DNA of 64,000 nucleotides from Octopus sinensis (lineage: Eukaryota), in the NCBI RefSeq assembly GCF_006345805.1, contig NC_043010.1, positions 26,412,001 through 26,476,000 on the forward strand, read 5' to 3'. The notes under the pieces are model-generated. The model had not been told where the DNA came from, made no database searches, and was given only the letters and a program-made list of their open reading frames with translations. Numbering within the stretch: position 1 is the first letter of the stretch; each line of letters starts with the position of its first letter. This document shows positions 49,966 to 61,802 of the stretch, piece after piece. Made by a program: the position numbers and the translations under genes.

Positions 49966-50454
49966 GATGGTTGCTCCTGTTGGTTTTGACGTATAAGCAT
50001 TTGAAGGAGAGGACTTAAAGTTAATGAGAGTAATAGAACAAAAGAAAAAATACAGTAAGACGCTGCATCTATTTGTGAGGGATGCATGAATGTAATTTGG
50101 GTCCCAGGATGGATTTTGCTATCAAAGTCACAATGGGGACATTGATGATTTAGATTTTGTCTGGGATTGGGCTAATGTGTCCCTTGATTGCAGGATATAG
50201 TTCTTCTATTGTTCTTCAACAGGCCTGAAATTCAGGGGGAGGCAGAAAGTCGATCACATTGATCCCAGTATTTGACTGGTACTTAATTTATCGACCCTGA
50301 AAGGAAGGAAGGCAAAGTTGATTTTGGCAGAATTTGAACTTAGAACGTAGCAACAGGTGGAATACTGCTGAGCATTTCATCCAGTGTGCTAATGATTCTG
50401 CCAACTCACCACCTTAATAATAACAACAACAACAACTACAACAATGATAATAAT

Positions 50455-50816
50455 CATCAAAGAAAGAGAAAAGGTTGATAAATATGGAGACCTGAGAATT
50501 GATTTTGCTAAAATGTGGCAGCTACGAGAGTCAAACATAAAGGTTAACCCTAATGCCATCGGAGCATTGGATTCAATACCACCCAATCTGAAAAAACATC
50601 TGAAAACTTTAGAAATACCCTACAATCTAGGTGTATTGCAAAAGTCAGCATTACTTGGAACTGCACACATATTGCGAAAAGTACTGTCTGTCTGAGGTCC
50701 TTGTTGTCACTTGACAAACAGTACAAACGCCCTGGTAGACACAATATCTTCAATCAACAACTTCACTATATTGTATACTGTGCGACGTCTATTATAATAA
50801 TAATAATAAAAATAAA

Positions 50817-50860
<44 letters not shown>
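50455..50860 (+). mobile_element. R4/Dong-like LINE 3' end (another family)
   Basis: EREKVDKYGDLRI..KMW..IGAL..LQKSALLGTAHILRKVL*; (AAT)n on both sides. Confidence 0.85.
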
Positions 50861-51369
50861 TCAGGAGGAGGAGGTGATTTAAATACAATGCTCAGTTGTG
50901 CTACCACACATTGGAAAAGAGTAAATAAAAAGATAAGATAAATCAAAGTAGAGCAAGAAAGCTGTGATAGGCAAAAAGTACATGGCTAACTGACAGAATA
51001 GAACATAGAGGGTCAGTGTTCTAACACTGGACATGCGTTAACTCGCTGAACCTGTAATGATAGACAACATTGGCACATATGCATATGCATTACTGTATAC
51101 ACACAACTATATATATATATATATATTTATTTATTTATGCTTTGTTTTTCTCACAAACAATACTGTAATGAATAGTCGATTGATTCAAATTTTTCTCATC
51201 AGACATAACTATTTATGCATGATCAGCTCCATTCAAACTTTCAGAGGAAATTTATGTGTGTGTGTGTGTGCATGTGCGTATGTATCAATAAATATGTATG
51301 TACATATAATATATATATATATATTATATACCTGATAAACAGCATGCTTGTGTAATGCATGTGTGTGTG

Positions 51370-51403
<34 letters not shown>

Positions 51404-52686
51404 TCACGTCATTAAGAATGAAATGTCTGATTTTCTTATGTACCAAGTTTGGCAGTTATTAACTCTAATGTTTTATCCTGACAATTCTTTGTTTTGCAAC
51501 ATTGAAAAGTTACATCATCACTTTTCGAAATGCAATTCATGGTGTCTGGTTATATTGTGAGTTTTTACTAGTAAATAATTTTTTGTGAACCCGTGGATAG
51601 ATCAAAAATTCATGTTGTTTATGAATATCAGTTCCATTGCAGAACCAGTGCATCCCAGACAGCTCGAAACATCAATGAGGGCTTTCATGAAGATGTGGCC
51701 AATGAGCGCACTATACGTTAATGGTCTGAGAGGTTCCGGTCTGGTGATTTTACTCTTGAAAATCAGCCCCATGGTAGACCTGAGACCAAGGTGGATAATG
51801 AGGAGCTGGAAAGTAGTGGAAGCTGATACATCTCAAACTACATGTGAGTTAGCAGCAAGGTTTGATGTTTCGATTCCACCTGCACTGGACCATCTTAAAC
51901 AAATCGGCAAGGTAAAGAAGCTGAACAAGTGGGTACCACATGAACTAAACAAGCATCAAATGTCATATGGTCTTGAAACTTGCTATTCGTTGCTATCACA
52001 GCATAAAAACGAACCATTTTTGCATCACATTGTTATGTGTGATGAAAAATGGATTCTTTACAATAATAGCGAGCGTTCTGCATGGTGGTTGGATAGAGAT
52101 GAAGTGTCAAAACACAATCCAAAAAAGAGTATTCACCAAAAAATGCTAATGGTGTCTCTTTGGTGGTCCAGCGCTGGTATCCTCCGCTACAGCTTCATGA
52201 AATCTGGTAAGTCAGTTACAGCGGATGTTTACATCAACCAACTGGATGAAATGATGAGTGAACTTACAATTAAACAACCGAGATTGGTCAACAGAGACAG
52301 GCCAATTCTCTTGCAAGACAATGCTTGACCACATGTTGCACAAAGAACACTACTCAAGTTACAGAAACTGAACTTGGAAATACTCTATCATCCACCATAT
52401 TCACCAGACCTTGCAGCAACTGACTATCACATTTTCCAGGCATTAAACAACTTTTTGCAAGGGAAAAACTTCAAATCTGAAGAAGATGCAAAAACAGCCT
52501 TTCATAATATCATTACCTCTTGCTCTCCAGAATCCTTTGCTGCCAGCATAAATAAGCTACCGATAAAATGGCAAAATTGAGATGATAATTTAAGTGCATA
52601 CTTTGATCAACTGTATTGCTTTTTGTTGAGATAAAGTAAAATAAACTTTCAGTTCAAAATCAGACGTTTCATTCTTAATGACCTGA
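51404..52686 (+). mobile_element. Near-full-length mariner (DD34D), transposase inactivated
   Basis: TIRs tca(c/g)gtcattaagaatgaaa..tctgatttt at both ends, TA on the right; WVPHEL, CDEKW, QDNA*, HPPYSPDLAATD; 34 residues between D2 and D3. Confidence 0.95.
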
Positions 52687-53274
52687 TATGTGTGTGTGTG
52701 TGTGAGTGTGTGTGTGTGTGTGAGTGTGTGTGTATCTCTCACAGCTCCATTTCCTTTGCTTTCCTAATCTAATTTAATCCCCTTATGCCCATCTCTTCTT
52801 CACACTCCCTTTTTCCTCATTTTCCTCCCTTCTCTTTCTTTTCTTCCAGCAATATTTCCATGCCTAACAACATTACCTTTAATGATCTTACTAATTATGA
52901 AATGAGATTCTCTTGTTTCCAGAAATGTAGACAAACCTTGTCCAATCAATTATTTGATGTTGACTTTAATTTTTGCCTTAATGGTTGACTTGAAATACCT
53001 CACAAGTGTTCGATTTCTTTCCTTTTCATTTGAAGATTGGAGAATGGTAACCAAAGAGACAGCAATGAATTCTGAAATCCCTGTAAAATCAAATATGTGT
53101 CCTAAAGCAAATGTCCAAGAATTTCCAGCTTGTTGCTCTTAATAACAGAACACCAAATTAGCATGAGAGAATGCTTGACGAATTTCAAGCTCTGTGCAAT
53201 TTTCCTTTCTTTTACACACAGACACATACATGCACACATGTGTGCATGTATGTGTATATGTATACACACTCAGT

Positions 53275-53600
53275 GAAAGTGCCTGGCTTAGTGGTTAGGG
53301 TTTCCGGCTCACAATTGTAAGGTTGTGAGTTCAATTCCTGGCGATGTGTTGTGTCCTTGATCAAGACACTTTATTCCACGTTGCTCCAGTCCACTCAGCT
53401 GGAAAAAATGAGCTGTATTTGTAATTCAATGGGGTCCAACCTCATCACATTCTGTATCATGCTGAATCTCCCTGAGAACTACATGAAGAGGTATGTGTCT
53501 GTGGAGTGCTCAACCACTTGCACATTAATTTCATGAGCAGCCTGTTCTGTTGATCGGATCAACTGGAACCCTCATCATTGTGACCAATGGAGTGCCAATT
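53275..53600 (+). mobile_element. SINE family S3
   Basis: tggcttagtggttaggg A-box, gagttcaattcc B-box, gttgtgtccttgatcaagacact core. Confidence 0.85.
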
Positions 53601-53629
53601 TTATATATACATAATCGAAATCAAATTCA

Positions 53630-54085
53630 GTGACTGGCATCCATGCTAGTGGAGCACTAAGAGCACCATCTGAGTGAGATCGTTGCCAGAGCAACAAACT
53701 GGCTTCCATGCCGGTGGCACGTAAAAAGCACTATTCAAGCATGTTCATTACCAGAGTCGCTTTACTGGCACATGAAAAAAACATTCAAGCAAGGTCATTG
53801 CAAGTGCCGCTGGACTGGCTCCTGTGCAGGTGGCACATAAAAAGCACCATTTGATCATGGCCATTGCCAGTACCACCTGACTTGTCCTCATGCCGGTGGC
53901 ACGTAAAAGCACCCACTACACTCTCAGAGTGGTTGGCATTAGGAAGGGCATCCAGCTGTAGAAACTCTGTCAGATCAGATTGGAATCTGGTGCAGCCATC
54001 TGGTTCGCCAGTCCTCAGTCAAATCATCCAACCCACGATAGCATGGAATGCAGACGTTAAATGATGATGATGAGGATGATGACAC
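53630..54085 (+). mobile_element. RTE-type 3' end / SINE with internal ~60-bp subrepeats
   Basis: gccggtggcacgtaaaa repeats, ggaagggcatccagctgtagaaac, (tga)n tail. Confidence 0.8.
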
Positions 54086-54279
54086 ACATCACAGATGGGT
54101 TAACCCTTTTAAAATAAGCTCAGCTGAGCTTATCTCACGTTCTACATTCCATAATATAAATTTCCTGTCTTAAAGTGATCTTTATTAAAGCCTTCTTTAA
54201 AAATTTTGTGCACATGTATTTCAAACACCAGCTAAATAATGACGGAGATATTTTTACTAAATTCTTCTTTATTTATTAA

Positions 54280-54650
54280 TTGAAACAGAGGCATCTTTTC
54301 TCAAATTCACTGGGAGGTCGTTCTTCCCTCTCCACCCTCACTTTTCTTTCCAAGAACTCAAAAAATATCAATGTGAGCTTGACTGAAGAGAAAGGTGTCT
54401 TTCCTTAATCCCTTCAGCCTTGTACACTACACAAATCCTTTCACTGTAGCCACTGGACAGAGGGACACTTCCTGTCCTGCCTTGTTAAAAGTGGGTAATG
54501 AGACACACATCGCTAATTGGTTAAGCCTTTTCATAGTATCCCTCCTGAAACTTTCTCTGGTTCTATATTTTACAAAGGTATTTTGTTGACAAATTTTTCC
54601 ACTTTGTAAGGGTAATTTACCCAATGGTTCTACTGTTCAAAGGGCATCTT
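54280..54650 (-). pseudogene. Degenerate Tx1/L1-like LINE C-terminal fragment
   Basis: FLERKVRVERE...FEKR resembles Tx1-type ORF ends; many stops. Confidence 0.35.
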
Positions 54651-55393
54651 GCATTTGAAAATAAATTACCATCTTATTTGTATCTTAATATACACATTTC
54701 AGCTCTTATAAAAAACAAATGTTAGTTTGTTTATATTTATAAATTTCCTGTTTTACAGTGACCTTAGTTAAAATCTTCTTTCATAATTTTATGTTCCTTA
54801 TGTTTCAAACACCATCTAAATAATGACCAAAATATTTTTACTAAATTCTTTATTTTCAAAACTTTAGAATTAATTGAAAGACAGTATAATTCAACAGAAA
54901 TATGACAACAAAAGGGTTAAATTATGGCTTTTCCTTCTAGTCCTACAATTTTTCTTCATCTAGAAATCCCATTCTGATCCTTCAGCTCCCCCCTCATCTC
55001 AGTTTTTCCCTCCTCCTCACTTTTTGTCTGTTGCTCTTCCTCTTTATTTCTCTTACACCAAGTTTCTCTCTTCTGTTTCCTGTCTATATATGAAGCTTGT
55101 ATCAGCTTGCGTTCCTCATCAGTTGCAGCCAGTTCTTCAAACTTAAAGGATATAAATCTCTGCTATCCTTTTATTCCCCTCCTGTCATCATTACCATCTT
55201 TACACTGAAGAAAGACTGTGTTTGAAATATTAGATATTTCACTCCCTAAATTAGTTTCCCTGTACATTTTTCTGTCACTTTCTCTTTCTCTTCCCACCTC
55301 TCTCTCTCTCTGACTCTTTTTTCTCTGTGTGCGTATGTGTGTGTGTGTACATACACATACATATATAAATAAACATGTACATATGTATATATA

Positions 55394-56639
55394 CAGGGTG
55401 TAATGCGTAAGTTGTCGCCATTTTATATATTCAATTTTGCACATGTGCATTGTTTGTTTTTGATTTTGTTAAGTACACAGTATACTACACAGTATACTAC
55501 AATGCAGTTCACTCTGCCAGAAGTTTGGAAACATCATGCTTGGCATTCATGCTGGAAGCTCCAATACGAATATTTCACAGTGTTTGGGTGTCAATCTGAG
55601 GACAGTGAAGGAGATTCAGAAAGAGTTAGATGAGTCTAATGGTAATTACAGAGGTATGGCAGCTCGGGAAATTCACTCTGATCATTCGTTCTGATAAGAA
55701 AAGAACTCCTGAATTTGTTGGTGAGATTCAGGCCATGATTGAGAGGGATCTCTCCAAGTCAATCATGTCCATTGTAAGGGACATGGGAGTGTCTGAGTTT
55801 CTTGTCAGGCAGAAGAGATGCATGAAGACATTTGGTATTCCTCATACAAGATGAGAAAGGGCCACTTTTTGTCTCAAGCCATCAAAGGCAAGAGGACAAC
55901 CATGCTATGAACAAACTCAAGCATAGCCTCCAACTAAACATGCTTTGGTTTGTCTCAGAGAAAAATTTCTGCCAGGATCAGATGGTGAACACATAGCCGT
56001 ATCCTCAAAACATGTACCGAGAGTGATAAAAATCAAACCTCCAGTCAACATGATGGTGTTTGGAGGGATCACTAGTAATGGCAATGTTATGCCTCCATTC
56101 ATCTTCCCACATGGCTTCAGACTCAACACGGAGGCCTACATCAAGTGCCTGGAGTAGTGCTGCCCAGGGTCAAGAGGGGGATTGCTGGAAGACCCTATGT
56201 CTGGCAACAGGACTCTGCACAATGCTACACAAGTAAGAGAACCCAGTCATGGTTGTCAGACAATTTCTGCAACCATATCACCCCTAACATCTGGTCAACT
56301 AACTCCCCAGACTGCAACCCCCTTGATTATTATGTGTGGGGCACAGTTGAGTGAGAGACCAAAAAAAAAAACTCCTTGTTATATCAAAGATGAACTGAAG
56401 GCAAGGATTATGGCAGCATTCACCAATTTAAACAAGGAGACTGTCCAGAAGAGTTGCAGAAGATTCCAAAGTCGTCTGGAAGCTGTGGTTGAAACCAATG
56501 GTGATTTTATTGAATAAATTTACTCTTTAGTATTTCAAGATATTTTATGTAATTTTGGTAAATATATCTGTAAAAATGAAATGTCAGTGTCATTTTCCTT
56601 TTTGCATAATTTAGATGACAATTTATTCACCGCAGCCTG
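55394..56639 (+). mobile_element. maT (DD37D) Tc1/mariner element, near full length, pseudogenised
   Basis: TA-flanked ends cagggtg / cagcctg; MVFGGITSNG..WQQDSA..NPLDYY; 37 residues between D2 and D3. Confidence 0.92.
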
Positions 56640-57395
56640 TATATATAAGTATATACATAGAGAGAGAGAGAGAGATAAAAAAGTAGGTAGGTAGGTAAAT
56701 AGATAGATAGATTGATAGATAGAGATAAAAGAGCATCTGAGGAGACTAGTGACGACCTGTGTCAGCAAGACTTACTATTTTGAATCTTTTGAATAGTAAA
56801 TACCAAAAATGATTATCACTAGGGCCTCACTTAACCCCCAGCTAGAAATGGTAGTTAAATCTCCCTTATATCACACCTTAAAACAGGAGAAACATACATT
56901 TGACGATAATCCTGTAAAATCCGCCCCCCCCCCAAAAAAAAACCCAAAAAAAAAGCCCATTGAGGTGTCTCATAGCTGGAACATCTCTCATTGTAAGTCT
57001 GTTCACTCAAGGTTGAACATCAGTTAAATATCTACTGTTGCTAATTTAAATTCTTTGAACTTCAAATTCCAAAGATGATTATTACCAAGGACCCATGTAT
57101 CCCCCTATCTAGACACAGTGTACTATAGCATATCCAGTGTGCACTTGATCTATTTAAAACATGTTATCGTTTATCGTTTAATTGTTTCAGTCATTACACT
57201 GTGGCCATGCTGGGGCACAGACTTGAAGAAGTTTTAGTTGAATGAACTGATCCCAGGACTTAAGTTTTTGGCTAAGCCTGGTACCTATTCTATCAGTCTC
57301 TTTGCTGAACCAATAAGCTACGGGACATAAACACAGCCACATCAGTTGTCATGTGGTGGTAGACAAAAAGCACACACACACATATATACATACAT

Positions 57396-57472
<77 letters not shown>

Positions 57473-57579
57473 TATATGTGTGTGTGTGTGTACAAAAGGG
57501 TTTGTATGATTATGTATAGAAGAATATATTACTCAGAGGAATTCCAACTCTGTTTTTCACATTTTATTTATATCGTTCG

Positions 57580-58275
57580 TCATCATCATCATCGTTTAAC
57601 ATCCGCTTTCCATGTTAGCATGGGTTGGACGATTTTGACTGAGGGCTGGTGAACCAGATGGCTGCACCAGGCTCCAATCTTGATTTGGCAGAGTTTCTAC
57701 AGCTGGATGCCCTTCCTAATGCCAACCACTCTGAGAGTGTAGTGGGTGCTTTTTACGTTCCACCGGCACGGGGGCTAGTCAGGCAGTACTGGCAACAACC
57801 TCACTTGAATCTTTTTACACATGCCACCAGCACAGGTGCCAGTAAGGCAATGTTGGTAATGATCACGCTCAAATGGTGCCCTTTTACGTGCCACCAGCAC
57901 GGAAGCCAGTTGGCTGCTCTGGTGACGATCACACTCGGATGGTGCTCTTGGCACCCTACTAGCACGGACACAAGTGCCAGTAAGGTGATGCTGGTAATGA
58001 TCACACTCAAATGGTGCCTTTTATGTGCCACTTGCACAGAAGCCAGTTAGCCGCTCTGTCAATGATCACGCTCGTATGGTGCTCTTTGCACCCCGCTAGT
58101 ACGGATGCCAGTCATTGAAAGTGATTTTGATTTTGATTTCACTTGCCTCAACAGGTCTTCACAAGCAGAGTTTAGTGTCCAAGGAAGGAAAAGGTACACA
58201 TAAGCGGGCTGGTTACGCTCCTGGCATGGGCCACAGGTTATGGTCTCATTTGGCTTGCCGGGTCTTTGCAAGCAT
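57580..58275 (-). mobile_element. RTE-type LINE 3' UTR (related subfamily) with tail
   Basis: Reverse of gacccggcaag..gtgaagacctgttgaggcaagtgaaatc..ggaagggcatccagc..(tga)n. Confidence 0.8.
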
Positions 58276-58380
58276 ATCTTATAATATTAATATAAGATAT
58301 AAAATAATATAGTAAAAAGAAATGAAATGGAGTATTAATTGTCTATTCTTATTGAACAAATGTAATATTATTATTCTTAT

Positions 58381-58423
58381 TGAGCTAGTATACTTTCATG
58401 CATTTATGCAATCTTCAGGTTCA
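58381..58423 (-). ncRNA. Minimal type-I hammerhead motif, canonical core
   Basis: UGAAC-CUGAAGA-UUGCA(UAAA)UGCAU-GAAA-GUAUAC-UA/GCUCA; palindromic AGUAUACU; one stem I mismatch. Confidence 0.7.
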
Positions 58424-58641
58424 TATGGTGGTGGTGACGTTTGTGTTCATCGGTTTCAATTGTGGTTAAATTTTGTCCTTTATATACATTCCTGTGGATA
58501 GAAGTAGTAGTTGTTTGGCTATTTTTAGAAATGAGGCCATACCATTTTTCAGTGTTTATTTTTAGAAATGATGACAGCAGTACTTTTTAGAGATTTTTTA
58601 TTTTTGAGATACTTTTAAATCTTAAATAAAATTAATTTTTG

Positions 58642-58930
58642 TCATTGTTTATTGAGCTTGGGTTTGAATTTATAAATAAAGTCCTTTTCTCTCAGTTTTC
58701 TCTCAATTTCATTTGGATTTTATAGTTTAAAATATTTTCTGGTCACATGTTGCTAGGTGGTTACTCAGTGGGATTTGGCAGACTTCTGGATTTTTAATTT
58801 GTTGTTGGTGCATACATGAGCATTCTGATAGTGCATTGCCTGTCTGGCCAACATACAGTTCTTCACAATTCAGGCATTTGATGCATCAGATTAAATTTCT
58901 GCTTTTGCACTTCATATTTGCGTTTGTGAA
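58642..58930 (-). pseudogene. Penelope-like GIY-YIG endonuclease fragment
   Basis: CKSRNLI*CIKCLNCEELYVGQTGN..HQQQIKNP..LSNHL..C / REKDFIYKFKPKLNKQ*. Confidence 0.85.
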
Positions 58931-58984
58931 TATTATAATGGGGAAAATACCTAATTCAACTGAATCTCAATTATTTCTTTTCTA

Positions 58985-59215
58985 TGGCGGCGAGCTGGCA
59001 GAAACATTAACATGCCGGGCGACATGCGTAGCTGTATTTCGTCTGTCGTTACGTTCCGAGTTCAAATTCTGTCGAGGTCGACTTTGCCTTTCATCCTTTC
59101 GGGGTCGATAAATTAAGTACCAGTTAAGCACTGGGGTTGATGTAATTGACTTAATCCCTTTGTCTGTCCTTGTTTGTCCCCTCTGTGTTTAGCCCCTTGT
59201 GGGTAGTAAAGAAAT
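58985..59215 (+). mobile_element. SINE family S1, full-length reference copy
   Basis: ggcggcgagctggcagaa..gagttcaaattc..gcctttcatcctttcggggtcgataaattaagtaccag..gtgggtagtaaagaaata. Confidence 0.92.
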
Positions 59216-60203
59216 ATATATATATATATCATCATATATATATATATACACACTAGCTTAAAGGCTGTCCTATCAGGTGGCTTTTAAGCTAGTACATAGC
59301 TTTTAAGCAACTGACCCTGAATGGAAAGGTCTGCAAACAGATCTTTGACTTGTTTTGGAGAATTTGTTGCAATTGCTTCCTCCAGAGTCATATCCCAATG
59401 AGGATCATATTTGTCACAAAAAAAATCATGTAAAAAAATCACTGTAAACAATCACAGTAATGTAAGCATAGGAATCCAAAATTTCAGGATTGTGGGTCCA
59501 GATTCAGCCCAGAATGTTTTTAATTTACTCACAGAGTCAGCCTGATTCCAAAATGGTATGATATGTTGGGCTATGGCTTCTAAGAGTAAAGTTGGGAAAG
59601 TGTGACACACTGACATACACATATATTTTATTATATTATATTAAGGTGGCAAGCTGGTAGAATCGTTAGCACGCCAGGTGAAATGCTCAGAGGTATTTTG
59701 TCTGCTGTTAGGTTTTGAGTTTGAATTCCACTGAGGTCAACTTTGCCTTTCATCTTTTTGGGGTCGATAAAATTAGTACCAGTTATATACTGGTGTTGAT
59801 GTAATCAACTTAATCCATTCCCCCAAAGCTTGAGGCCTTGTGCTTCCAGTAGAAAGGATTTATTAAAGTTGAAAAAGTGTGACAGACTGACATTCACATT
59901 TATTATACTAGATATGTTTAATTTTGGGGAAACTTTATTTCAATTAAAGTGTATTTTATATGTTTGTGTGCGTGTGTGTGTGTGTGTGTATATGTATGTA
60001 TGTATATACACACACATATATGTATATATATATGTGTGTGTATTAAATAAAACAAAACTAATAGTGTTCAGTTTGTTGGCGACAGGAACTTCTGTTAAAG
60101 AGATATGGTGAAACAATCTGTGCATCATCTCCCTCTTTCTCTCTTATTGTTACTCCCACTGCCACCATCAACACTACTTCTTTTAATAAAACATCATCAA
60201 CTC

Positions 60204-60520
60204 TACATTATTTACATTCGACAGATTTGTCCTCGGACATATGTGGTTAAGAGAGCGGGCTACTAACCCCAAGATTCCGAGTTCAATTCCAAGCAGTGAC
60301 CTGAACAACAACAATAACAACAACAACAATAATAATAATAATAATAACATCGAAAAATGCCTTAGGAATGAGAACCCAGGTTCGAATTTCCCCAAGACAC
60401 CCGAAGAAGGCTGGAGGGTATATCAGCCATAACGTTGTGTTAACAACAAACAAGATGAGGACAAATATCCATCGAATGTAAATAATGTACATAATTCCTC
60501 ATCTCTTAAGTATAGAACTG
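60204..60520 (+). mobile_element. Composite tRNA-head/(AAT)n/hammerhead element with inverted tail copy at its 5' end
   Basis: B-box GTTCAATTCC 60281-60290; HHR remnant 60396-60441 (CCGAAGA..AUAAC); 60204-60234 is the reverse complement of the tail at ~60457-60490. Confidence 0.75.
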
Positions 60521-60792
60521 TATCATTAACTCTCCCTAAATTTCTTTGTCTCCCTTTCTCTCCTTCTTTCTCTCTCTCTCTCTCTCTCTCTCTGTCTTTG
60601 CCACCACCCTCACTATCTCTGTACTTACTATTACTCTCATCCCATCATGAGGAATAGTTGGAGTGTCATTGAATAGTGAGAGAGTGACACACTAACACAC
60701 AGAAATTAGTTTTCACGTTTATTATATTAGATGTGTGTATATATATATATATATAGTGTTATGCCTTAGGGCTGATCAAAACCTTGTGAGTG

Positions 60793-60833
<41 letters not shown>

Positions 60834-61747
60834 CCACTCACAAAGTTTTGATCTGCCCTAAGGCATAACACTTGAGCAAGGTGCCATGCAGTGGGACTGA
60901 ATCTGAAACCATGTGGTTAGGAAGCAAGCTTCTTGCCACACACCCACACCTGCACATGTCCATGCCTGTGCCTATTTGTGTGTAAATGTCGAGTAATTCA
61001 GCTGCTATTTCTTGTTAGTTCATTCTAATATGCATTCTAAGCATGCCTTTACTGAGTGGATAGATACAAAAGCTGCTTTTTTCTTTAAACCCCATTTCTG
61101 TCTAACTGTGTTACTGCAACAATTACTTGTAATTTTGCTAAAGTGTAATACCATCTGGTTTAACCTGCATTTCAGTAAAGAACTTATTAACTAGTGCAGC
61201 TAGGAATATCTTAGCAATAATCAGGAGGTACTTACAAGCCAGCCAGCCAGTCAGTCAACCAACCATACTTGAGACAAGCTGTTTTAACAAAGTCAGTCAT
61301 AGCTACATGACGAAAAATGTCAGGAGCATTATAATGATCAAGTTTCAAAATGCAGAACTGAACAGCACCCAAAATGAGACCGGTACACAGTTGCAAAATT
61401 TAATGGAACACTTTGTTCGACAGGAAATCTTTAATCACACCAATCGCGTAGAGAGTTCAAGTAGCATCTCAAAGGGCTGACATAAAAATGGAAAGTAAGA
61501 TTTGTTGTTGTTGAACCCAGAGTTGGTTCTATTTGAATAGATTCTGTTCAAAGGCATTCTATGTGGCTATGGTCAGAGGTTTACTCAACCACCTGATCTC
61601 AAGAGAAAGAGACACAAATTTATATACACTTACACTTTGACACACACACACACACACGTTTACATCTTACACCTAAATTAATTTTCTCATTCTTTATCAG
61701 TCTATCTTCCACCTCTCTCTCCCCTTTTCACTCTCTCTTTCTTTGCA

Positions 61748-61795
<48 letters not shown>

Positions 61796-61802
<7 letters not shown>

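Noticed and set aside
55201-55242. CUGAAGA..GAAA hammerhead-like match
   Set aside because: Stems II and III are possible, but stem I has only 1 bp.
58886-58888. In-frame TGA in a GIY-YIG domain as possible selenocysteine (reported for some PLEs)
   Set aside because: It aligns with the Tyr of the N(V/L)IY motif, not a Cys, and the fragment has other stops and frameshifts.
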